Shown here one piece after another: positions 20,003-27,937 of a stretch of DNA of 64,000 nt (the first letter of the stretch is position 1; each line of letters opens with the position of its first letter). Position numbers and translations under genes: made by a program. Source of the stretch: a virus; IMG/VR virus record IMGVR_UViG_3300046462_000310, positions 5,737 to 69,736 of that record, one strand, 5' to 3'. A model generated the notes under the pieces. It searched no databases, was not told where the DNA came from, and saw nothing but the letters and a program-made list of their open reading frames with translations.

Positions 20003-21571
20003 TTAGGTGACAGTCGGAGTCGGGACGCCCGCGATTTTCAACGCGTGCACCAGAACCAACGCACCAGGAACACGCTGGATGCGGTCTTTCCTCGGAGCTT
20101 GTCCGAAGACAGACGTTACGTAGCGGTCCATCACGAAGCCGCCTTCGTGATCTTGCGTGCTGTATTTGTTGCGATACTTGCCGTAACCACGTCGAGCCGC
20201 CCGTTTACCGAGCAAGAGCGAGTAACCCAGAATCGTGCCTTTTTGGTTGCACGCCAGGATTGTCGCGCCGATCGGATGTTCGGTCGTGTTGATCGTAGGA
20301 TCCCACGTCACTCCACCCAGGATAGTGTGTGCAATACCGGAGCTGCTTCCCGCGAGCCTTCCGGTCACAGTGATCTTGTTCCCGTTATTGCCCGTTGTGT
20401 AGGCGTATAGCCCCCACTTGTTCGGGTTGTTCGCATCGTTCGGAGGATTCACGATCATCACGTAGTGAGTTTTCGAGTCCTGCGCCAATGCGTCGTCCAC
20501 CAGGAACGTGTAAGCGTAGTTCGGGAAGTACTTGAAGAACAGAATGTCTGTCTCCGCAGCAGCATCCGCATCGCCACCACCAAGGATGTCAAACGCCGCA
20601 GTTCCAGCCGTGATCGCGCCGCCCAAAGAAGCCTTCGGGTTTAGCGGACTGGCAATGGCGCCAACGCCGTCGTGATCGATCGGCTGGTATTCCTTGATTA
20701 TGTTGCCCTTGATGTTGGTGTAACCACCTTCGAAGATCGTTTTAGCGTCTTCTTCACTCCGGGTAGTAGCCAGGATGGAACGGTAATTACTGTCCAGGTC
20801 GAGCGAATACAGCGCGTCGCTTGTGGCGATCACCGTATTTTTGAAGATCGGTTGCCCGTTCTTACTCGTGGCGATTTGACCGGGGAGTCCACCGAGACGT
20901 TTCAACTGGGCGTTAAGCCCCAGAATCTCGTTGTAACTCAGTGTGTCGGCGCTGGCGAGCGTATCGATGTTCTTTCCGCCGGCATACACCACGTTGGCAT
21001 CCGGCAAAGATTCGCGGAACATCATAAAGAGTTCCTCGCTCTTCAAACGGCCAAGCCATTTACCCGTCTCCGTATTGAGACCACTGACGATCTCGCCACG
21101 CATACCGAGCAACTCTTCCATGCGCTCGGTGAACCGAATACCGTGCCGCAGGAAATCCACCTGCAACTCGTTGCCCTGGATGCGGATCTTCTCGAAATCC
21201 GCGCTGGACTCAAAGAGTTGGTCGCCGCGGTGAGGCTCCTTATAGAAGCCGCTCATCACTTCGAACCTGATCTTCTGTCCTTTACCCTTGCTCGTATCGG
21301 TTACGGTCTCGACGATTGCGTTCGCGCCACCTTCCATTGGAGCGAAAAAGTCTTCGGTTTGTTCGAAGACATCCACGCCCGTCTGCCAGAGTTTGCGAAC
21401 GGCATCCGGATCGAGTGCCGCCAGCGAATCGCCAGTATTGGGACTCGCGTAGAACACCGTGCCGAGCATCGCGCTACCGGCCCAGTAAGAGCCGAGAACG
21501 TGGCCAGCCACGATCGCGCACGCGATCATAAACAGACCCCATGCGGCTTTTCTGATAACTAATTTCTTCAT
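20003..21571 (-). CDS. Major capsid protein (DUF4043/N4-like) with hydrophobic N-terminal extension
   Basis: DTSKGKGQKIRF, LQVDFLRHG and FEGGY motifs; downstream of the scaffold gene; SD AAAGGA. Confidence 0.75.
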   Translation of the reverse strand: MKKLVIRKAAWGLFMIACAIVAGHVLGSYWAGSAMLGTVFYASPNTGDSLAALDPDAVRKLWQTGVDVFEQTEDFFAPMEGGANAIVETVTDTSKGKGQKIRFEVMSGFYKEPHRGDQLFESSADFEKIRIQGNELQVDFLRHGIRFTERMEELLGMRGEIVSGLNTETGKWLGRLKSEELFMMFRESLPDANVVYAGGKNIDTLASADTLSYNEILGLNAQLKRLGGLPGQIATSKNGQPIFKNTVIATSDALYSLDLDSNYRSILATTRSEEDAKTIFEGGYTNIKGNIIKEYQPIDHDGVGAIASPLNPKASLGGAITAGTAAFDILGGGDADAAAETDILFFKYFPNYAYTFLVDDALAQDSKTHYVMIVNPPNDANNPNKWGLYAYTTGNNGNKITVTGRLAGSSSGIAHTILGGVTWDPTINTTEHPIGATILACNQKGTILGYSLLLGKRAARRGYGKYRNKYSTQDHEGGFVMDRYVTSVFGQAPRKDRIQRVPGALVLVHALKIAGVPTPTVT

Positions 21572-21640
21572 AGATTATTCCTTTGTTTCCAAAGGAGGGC
21601 TATGAAGGGAGATGCTTCCGGGAACCGCCGCTGCCTACAC

Positions 21641-21657
21641 GACAGCGATCCAATGTC
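21641..21657. promoter_or_regulatory. Degenerate dyad upstream of the capsid gene
   Basis: GACAGCG-ATC-CAATGTC. Confidence 0.5.
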
Positions 21658-21669
21658 GGGCTACAATCT

Positions 21670-22905
21670 TTATGCCGGAACCAGCCTTTTGGCTTTTTCC
21701 AGCACTTTCTCGTAGTCCGTTACACTGTGGATTTTATCCAGACCCAGGGCGTCAGCCTTCGAACCCTCCTGCGTTGTGCGGGCAGCTCCGGAAGCGGGAG
21801 CGGCTGCAGGTTGCGCTGGACGACCCACCGCGCGCTGGTTTACAGGCGCAGGTTTGGTTGCCGCAGTGGATGTGGAGGGTTTTGTGCCGTTTGTATCCGG
21901 CGGGTCTTTTCTGAGATGCTTTGGTAACAGTCCGAGTTGCCTGGCTGCCAGTTCAGTGAAGAAAAATGGAGAGTCAGGCTCGGACACGCGGTGTTGCAAG
22001 TCCGGGTCTTTTTCGTAGGCGTCAGCCAGTTCTACTGTTAGTTTAGAGAGCTCGCTTTTTTCGTCCCTGGCTTCGGGCCAGTATTCTACCGCCTTAGCTT
22101 TTGAGCCATTGGCCGTAGAGTTATACCGTTCCTGCTCCACCTCTTGAAGTTGTCGCGCGGCTTCCTTTTCCGATGCCTCGACTTGATTCAATTCCTTATC
22201 GAGCGCCCGCTCGCGCTTGCGGAGTTGCACCATTGCGCCGGTATCCAGATCGTTGCCGGCTTTTTCGTATTCTGCGTCGAGCGCAGCAATGTCCGACTCG
22301 ATCTCTTCTCGCGTTCGGACCTGTGGTGCCTCAGTGGTTTCCGTCGTTCCATTGGTGGCCGGAACGTCCCTTTTTGGAGAAACGCGATCCCACGCTTCTC
22401 CGAAGGGAATACCCTCTTCGCGAGCAATCGTGTTGGCAGCCTCGACCAGATGGCCGTCTTTCAGCCCTTTCAGGCGAATACGTTTGTCGGATTTCTGCTC
22501 TTCGGTCTCTTCAGCTTTTCCGGGGGGAACAGCCGCCTCAGTAGCAACGTCGGTTGTAGCCGCGGATTCCTCCGGCGGCACCTCTGCGGTCGTCTTCGAA
22601 GCGTCGGAATCAGCCTGGGCTTCCGCCCTGGCCGCGTCCCACTTCTCAGCTTTCGCTTGCGACGTTTTCTGCTCGGCCTCCGCTTTCGCGTCAGCCAGCA
22701 TCTTCTCGTAACCTTCCACACCCACCGCGGTCCTTGCCGGCGCTTCTGTAGCGCCAGTCGGCTTCTCGGTGGTTGTCGTCGATTCTTTACCAGGCGCAGT
22801 TTCCGTTGCAGTTACTTCCGTATTGGTCGTTTCCGCGTTGGCTTGATCCCCGCCCGCCGTTGCTGTTGAATCCGTCTCGGCTTTCGCCTGTTCTGGGTTC
22901 TCCAT
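21670..22905 (-). CDS. Capsid scaffolding protein
   Basis: Acidic, A/E/T-rich, coiled coil, directly upstream of the capsid gene; start MENPEQ. Confidence 0.7.
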   Translation of the reverse strand: MENPEQAKAETDSTATAGGDQANAETTNTEVTATETAPGKESTTTTEKPTGATEAPARTAVGVEGYEKMLADAKAEAEQKTSQAKAEKWDAARAEAQADSDASKTTAEVPPEESAATTDVATEAAVPPGKAEETEEQKSDKRIRLKGLKDGHLVEAANTIAREEGIPFGEAWDRVSPKRDVPATNGTTETTEAPQVRTREEIESDIAALDAEYEKAGNDLDTGAMVQLRKRERALDKELNQVEASEKEAARQLQEVEQERYNSTANGSKAKAVEYWPEARDEKSELSKLTVELADAYEKDPDLQHRVSEPDSPFFFTELAARQLGLLPKHLRKDPPDTNGTKPSTSTAATKPAPVNQRAVGRPAQPAAAPASGAARTTQEGSKADALGLDKIHSVTDYEKVLEKAKRLVPA

Positions 22906-22925
22906 TTGGTAGCAACTTGTCACAC

Positions 22926-23012
22926 GACAGCGGAACGCTGTCAACATTTGTCACACGTAGAGACAATTCGATGCGTGGCAACGTGTCGCGCATGACTGCG
23001 CTTCGCAGTCAA
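22926..23012. promoter_or_regulatory. Divergent promoter region with two dyads (22926-22942, 22994-23010)
   Basis: GACAGCG-GAA-CGCTGTC and compensatory GACTGCG-CTT-CGCAGTC; TTGTCAC occurs three times nearby. Confidence 0.75.
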
Positions 23013-23054
23013 TACTTGTCACGAAACGTCTTTCAGTTCATTGTCCACACCAAA

Positions 23055-25001
23055 ATGATCAACCGATTCGGACCATCCCCCGAAACTCCAGGCGGAGCTT
23101 CAGTCAGCTATCCGGTCCCGAACCCGGTCGATCTTGTCGTCATTGAGCAGGTAGGCGCGCGTCCGGAGAATTATGAACCGCTCCCGATCGACAGCCCGCA
23201 CCCGGATAATGCACTCACCGGTCTCGATCTTCGTTTAGTATGGCAGGGACCCACCCCGAGTGATCCCACCCAAATGCGACGGGTTTACGCCGGACCGCGC
23301 ACCTCGCAGGATGTTTACAATTACGCGCTCCAATACTCAGAGCAAAGCAACGCCGCGCCTATCTACGTCCGCACGTATCTTGAAAGACGTGACACTTACA
23401 CGTCACGAACTAAAGGCCAACCACTAACGGGAGTTACGGGTCTCCGGCTAACGGCCGCCGGCACTGGATACGTCCAGGAGACGACGACTGTCTCAATATC
23501 AGGAAGCGGGACCGGAGCCACAGCAGTCGCAAAGGTCCGCGATGGCCAAATTATCGGACTTTACCTGACGGACGAGGGAACCGGTTACACCACTACGCCG
23601 ACTGTTACGATTAACGGCGACGGATCTGGAGCCACGGCCACCGGAAGTATTCAGCCGCAATCAGCCGTCCTGGTCAAAGAAGACGTTCAAAAGATCGAGG
23701 ATGACGTTGGAGAAATCCGTTGGGGTTGGCACGAACAAATGATGGGGGGAACGTACGTCAAAGTCATTCGAACCTACGAAACCCTGCCCGGGCCCGTTAC
23801 AACCAGCACCGCTTACGAGCGTGACGGAGTAAAGAAAACCGTAACCAAGCAGCGGATGCTCAAGGCCAGCACTGCAACCAATGAATCACTCGCCACCAAT
23901 TTACTGACTCGAAATTTCTCAGAGTGGATTGACGATGTAGTGGCTAACCAGGTCACGGAGTTAATCACCGTCGATAGCGACTCCCTACTTGATGATCCGG
24001 GGTTCACGGTATCAATCCCTGACATTATCCCTCCTGATTTGCGTGCCCAAATACCGCAGGTGGTCACAAGCCATATCCTGAAGGGGACAGCTACGGAGCC
24101 AACGCTAGCAGCGCAAGAGTTCGAACATTCCCAGAAGCAATTAACGAAACTATATTACGAGGAGCGCATCACCAAGATAGCCAGTGATTTGCCAGTCACC
24201 GTCTTTGGTAAGGAAATCACAGAGGAATACGGCGGCGGCGTCTTGAATACCGCCTTGACTCTCGCGGCCAACCCTCCCGGGCAATCGGTCGATCAGGGGC
24301 TCTACATCGTAGAATCCAAAGTCACTCCGCTTGGGAACGCGATGGACATGAAGTTCACGAAGTTCTCGGCCGGCACTTCGTGGTTCACTATTAGTGGCAG
24401 CAAATTCGACAGGGAAATGCAGGTCTTCGTCCAGGAAGACCACCAGATCGTTGACCCTAGCTATACGCCACTCGCCTCGGGACATTGGGTTGAAAGAGTT
24501 GAACCTATTTCCGTGTATCGATCCCGAAGGATTCGCACGACGCGCGCTCCCACGGCTATTTCTCTCGCCACCGCACTGGTAGAAGAAGTTGACGGTCCTT
24601 ATCAATTTCCCGGTCTGGTGTACGCTGTAACCGGAGGTTACTACCGCCGTCAGGCGAGTGCTCAGTTATGTCAGCACACGTTGAGAACCTGGTGGCTAAA
24701 TTCCGTCAGTAAACCCACGAGGGGATTACCCGGTTCTGGCGCTGATGTCGAGGTTCAGGACATCGTAATGGACGACATTATCATCAGTGCACTGAATAAC
24801 GTAACGACACTGGAGTATTCGGGCATGGCGCTACACGACGCCATCACCACTTTCGCTACTTTTGTTTATGCTGCCACTGTGCCTAGCGCAACAGCTTACA
24901 GAGCCATGATAGGAACAGAGATCGTCGTGGCGGCCAGTATTGAGCCAACCGAAATACCATTCCAATGGAAGATCCAGACGAAATCAGTGGTAGCGAGATA
25001 A
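23055..25001 (+). CDS. Tail/structural protein
   Basis: Two GTGY...TV(S/T)I.G..GATA repeats, beta-rich; start MINRF. Confidence 0.6.
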   Translation: MINRFGPSPETPGGASVSYPVPNPVDLVVIEQVGARPENYEPLPIDSPHPDNALTGLDLRLVWQGPTPSDPTQMRRVYAGPRTSQDVYNYALQYSEQSNAAPIYVRTYLERRDTYTSRTKGQPLTGVTGLRLTAAGTGYVQETTTVSISGSGTGATAVAKVRDGQIIGLYLTDEGTGYTTTPTVTINGDGSGATATGSIQPQSAVLVKEDVQKIEDDVGEIRWGWHEQMMGGTYVKVIRTYETLPGPVTTSTAYERDGVKKTVTKQRMLKASTATNESLATNLLTRNFSEWIDDVVANQVTELITVDSDSLLDDPGFTVSIPDIIPPDLRAQIPQVVTSHILKGTATEPTLAAQEFEHSQKQLTKLYYEERITKIASDLPVTVFGKEITEEYGGGVLNTALTLAANPPGQSVDQGLYIVESKVTPLGNAMDMKFTKFSAGTSWFTISGSKFDREMQVFVQEDHQIVDPSYTPLASGHWVERVEPISVYRSRRIRTTRAPTAISLATALVEEVDGPYQFPGLVYAVTGGYYRRQASAQLCQHTLRTWWLNSVSKPTRGLPGSGADVEVQDIVMDDIIISALNNVTTLEYSGMALHDAITTFATFVYAATVPSATAYRAMIGTEIVVAASIEPTEIPFQWKIQTKSVVAR

Positions 25002-25222
25002 GCCGTGTCGAAAGCCTCGAACGGATCGTGAACCGGTTTAAGCTCGCAGTTTCTGGCGACGGCAACGTTTTAGGCGGGTTCGGTAAACTGCCAAAGAACC
25101 AGAAAGAACTGCCGTTACCCGAACGACTGGCGAACATAACGCGAGCCCGCATCGAGTTTAGCCTGTCTGGTCTCAATGTTGACGTAGCCGGAAGTTTCCA
25201 CGATGGATTTAGATTTTCTTGA
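24965..25222 (+). CDS. Small hypothetical protein, partly paralogous to the N-terminus of the next gene
   Basis: VAGSFHDGF versus VAGNLKSGF. Confidence 0.45.
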   Translation: MEDPDEISGSEISRVESLERIVNRFKLAVSGDGNVLGGFGKLPKNQKELPLPERLANITRARIEFSLSGLNVDVAGSFHDGFRFS

Positions 25223-26060
25223 GCAACTAGCCGAGGAAGAAAGGCAGTTCAAGAGATTTAGCGTGGCGGGAACCGATCGGGTTCAAGTCGCCGGTAACTT
25301 AAAATCAGGGTTTGCTGTCAATATAGGACCGAAGGGTGGAGGCGGAGAACCTGTGCCTGGAGCCTGTTGCTTTTGTGATGGGACTTGCACCGAGGAAACG
25401 CTTGGACAGTGTTTACTCGACGGCGGTAACTGGCAGGGTGGAACATGCGATCCTAACCCGTGTTCCGCAAAGGGTGCTTGTTGCGATGGGGATGGTAACT
25501 GTACCATAACCACGGAAGCGGACTGCTCCGGAACGTACCTCGGGGATTGCACCACCTGCGATCCTAACCCGTGTGGAGCAGGAGGCGTATGCTGTATTTG
25601 CGGTGCGTGTAGCAGTTTAAGTGAATCTGACTGTATTGCTGGGGGCGGAACATTTTTCCCTGCACCGATAACTTGCGGCGCCACCAATCCATGCGACCCG
25701 ACCTGTTGCTCCCAGAGTCCATTTGAGGATGGGTTGGGTGGTTTCTGGACTACATTCTACACGGACTGCGATGGGGTTGCGCATTACAGCGGCGCGACGA
25801 CGGCTGGCGCTAACTATAGAACGTTGACGCAGACTTATGGCGCGAAATGTGATCCTGGCTGCGTCGAAACAGGAACCGTATTTATTTGCAGCGACACCCC
25901 GTATTGGAACGGATCGGATTGTCAATCTTTCCCCGGTAGCTTGGACGACTGTAACTGGGTTTGTGTGAATGCAGTGGTATCGCAGTTATCTGATTTATGT
26001 AATTGCCCCGAATCTATTGCGAACAACAGCCCGACAAGAGGTTTCCTTCCTCCGCCATGA
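25203..26060 (+). CDS. Cys-rich protein with GACC repeats
   Basis: Three G(A/V)CC...C...C...C(D)PNPC-type units. Confidence 0.7.
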   Translation: MDLDFLEQLAEEERQFKRFSVAGTDRVQVAGNLKSGFAVNIGPKGGGGEPVPGACCFCDGTCTEETLGQCLLDGGNWQGGTCDPNPCSAKGACCDGDGNCTITTEADCSGTYLGDCTTCDPNPCGAGGVCCICGACSSLSESDCIAGGGTFFPAPITCGATNPCDPTCCSQSPFEDGLGGFWTTFYTDCDGVAHYSGATTAGANYRTLTQTYGAKCDPGCVETGTVFICSDTPYWNGSDCQSFPGSLDDCNWVCVNAVVSQLSDLCNCPESIANNSPTRGFLPPP

Positions 26061-26494
26061 CCGGAAAACTCTACGTCCCTGATTTACGCGAAGCTGCGGG
26101 TAATCGTCCGACTGGATACTTGGAAGAAATTCTCGCAGCGGGCCGCGTTGAAAACGACGTTGTTCTCCATATCGAGCTAGATGTTTACTTTGCGCTTGTG
26201 CGAAAGTATTCCCCTACCGCGCACAATAATCCAACAACTCAGCAAGGCCGCCCTGGCACCGAACTCAAGAAGTTGATTTCCAAATTTGGATTAAAACCGA
26301 AAGCCGGTTGTAAGTGCAACCAGCACATTCAAGAGATGAACCAAAAAGGCGTCGAGTGGTGCGAGCAAAACATCGACACGATCGTTGGTTGGCTCAGAGA
26401 GGAAGCCGACCGAGCCGATCTACCGTTCACCGCTATCGGCGCTAAGATCATCGTCAAACGCGCGATTCGGAACGCGCGCAAGAAGCAGTCCTAA
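26057..26494 (+). CDS. Hypothetical phage protein with CxC...MN...WC motif
   Basis: PGTELKKLI...GCKC...MNQKGVEWC. Confidence 0.6.
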   Translation: MTGKLYVPDLREAAGNRPTGYLEEILAAGRVENDVVLHIELDVYFALVRKYSPTAHNNPTTQQGRPGTELKKLISKFGLKPKAGCKCNQHIQEMNQKGVEWCEQNIDTIVGWLREEADRADLPFTAIGAKIIVKRAIRNARKKQS

Positions 26495-26769
26495 TCCTCG
26501 CGCGAACTACCTTCGAGAATACTCCGACAGGCTGCTTCATCCACGCCCAGCATCTCCGCCACTTCCTTCCAGATAAGGTATTTCATCTTGGAGTGCTCAA
26601 GCTCTGCGGGTTGCGTCTCTTTTTGTAAAACCTTGTCGCGCGCCTCGTTCACCCTGGCGATCACGTGCACGCACCAGTAATTCGTCCATTCTGGCAATTT
26701 CTTCAGCTTTTCGATCGCGTTCAGATCGTCTAGCGCGTGTTTTTTTGCCACTCTGTTATCTTCCGGCAT
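26491..26769 (-). CDS. Hypothetical protein downstream of the portal and GT genes
   Basis: Coupled helical ORF. Confidence 0.55.
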   Translation of the reverse strand: MPEDNRVAKKHALDDLNAIEKLKKLPEWTNYWCVHVIARVNEARDKVLQKETQPAELEHSKMKYLIWKEVAEMLGVDEAACRSILEGSSRED

Positions 26770-27937
26770 ATTGCTCCAGTTTCTTTTCGACTTCTCGTAT
26801 CACTCGCTCTGGTTTGATGCTCCCTAGTACTTCGCACCGGCCAGTCTTATTGCACGGTCCGTGTAACGGGAATTGATGTCGCCCAGGTAAAGCATGATGG
26901 AAGCACGGAGCGCACGCTCCCTGTCCTTGTAGTGCAAACGTCTTCGGCGCATACGCCGTCCTGAGCGTCCACGGAAACGGCCCATAAAGCGCGACGCAGG
27001 GGATATTCAACGCGCCGGCGACATGCGTAAGCGCACTGTCGGGCGCCACCAGCACATCGCACGTCATTAAAATCGCGCAGCTCTCCCTGAAACTCTTCCC
27101 GAGCATCATTAGATTCACAATGCCGTCGGGCTCATTCGTCTTAATCTCCCCCGGACCGCCAAACAAAAACACTTCGCGTCCGTCCATCCAGAGTTTCTTA
27201 GCCACTTCGAGCATGTGCGGATACATCCGGCAATGCCCGCTCGCCGTCATCTGTATCCCTACCCGCTTATCGCGTTCCGACTTTTTTGGAAACTCCGTGA
27301 TCGCCGCAGCCAGCTCCTCTTTCGTCACAAAATACCGCATCCGTCTGTCGGTGAGATCAAGAGCGCAACGTTTCGCGATCAGATCAACCGCGTGTGTGTT
27401 CAGTGCCTCGGGATTCTTCTCTATGATTCCCTCAAGCCAAATAATTGCGTCGAAATCGTGCCAGCACACTTCCGCGTCCTCTTTCTGTTCCCTGATTTCC
27501 GATAGAGGAACCGGATACGAAATCACGTCCGTAACGTCCGGGTTATTCAGTAGCACCGGCTTGAACCGATCAAAGCACGCCACGTAAATCTGAACCTTCG
27601 GGAACCGACGCTTAATCTCCGCGATGGTAGGCGTCAAAAATAACAAGTCCCCGAACCCACCGGGACGCACAAAAAGAATCCTGCGCTCATCCCATCCCAG
27701 TTTATCGTCGAACGGCCTGCCCTTGAGTTCCTTTTTGCTGACCGACTCCGCCCATCCGTTCGCCAGCATTTGTCCGGCAGAAACGTCCTCGCAGACGTAC
27801 TCACCAGGAGCCAGTCCCAGTGGATTCTTTTCTGTTACCGTAGCGACGTGCACAACGATTGTTTTTTCATACTGCTGACTGTGGCGGACCTTGATCTTGT
27901 GGAGCTTCGGGTGGCGGAGGCGGCGCCGCGGGTTCAT
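26756..27937 (-). CDS. Glycosyltransferase family 9 (heptosyltransferase-like)
   Basis: RPGGFGDLLFLTP, DSALTHVAGALNIPCVALYGP, CAPC. Confidence 0.85.
   Translation of the reverse strand: MNPRRRLRHPKLHKIKVRHSQQYEKTIVVHVATVTEKNPLGLAPGEYVCEDVSAGQMLANGWAESVSKKELKGRPFDDKLGWDERRILFVRPGGFGDLLFLTPTIAEIKRRFPKVQIYVACFDRFKPVLLNNPDVTDVISYPVPLSEIREQKEDAEVCWHDFDAIIWLEGIIEKNPEALNTHAVDLIAKRCALDLTDRRMRYFVTKEELAAAITEFPKKSERDKRVGIQMTASGHCRMYPHMLEVAKKLWMDGREVFLFGGPGEIKTNEPDGIVNLMMLGKSFRESCAILMTCDVLVAPDSALTHVAGALNIPCVALYGPFPWTLRTAYAPKTFALQGQGACAPCFHHALPGRHQFPLHGPCNKTGRCEVLGSIKPERVIREVEKKLEQYAGR

Noticed and set aside
20045-22869. Long + strand ORFs opposite the capsid and scaffold genes, and similar ones elsewhere
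   Set aside because: Antisense shadows of GC-rich genes with no motifs
23055-26494. The + strand tail block as an invertible segment for the FimB-like enzyme
   Set aside because: No inverted repeats seen at its ends, and its last stop codon overlaps the stop of the convergent gene
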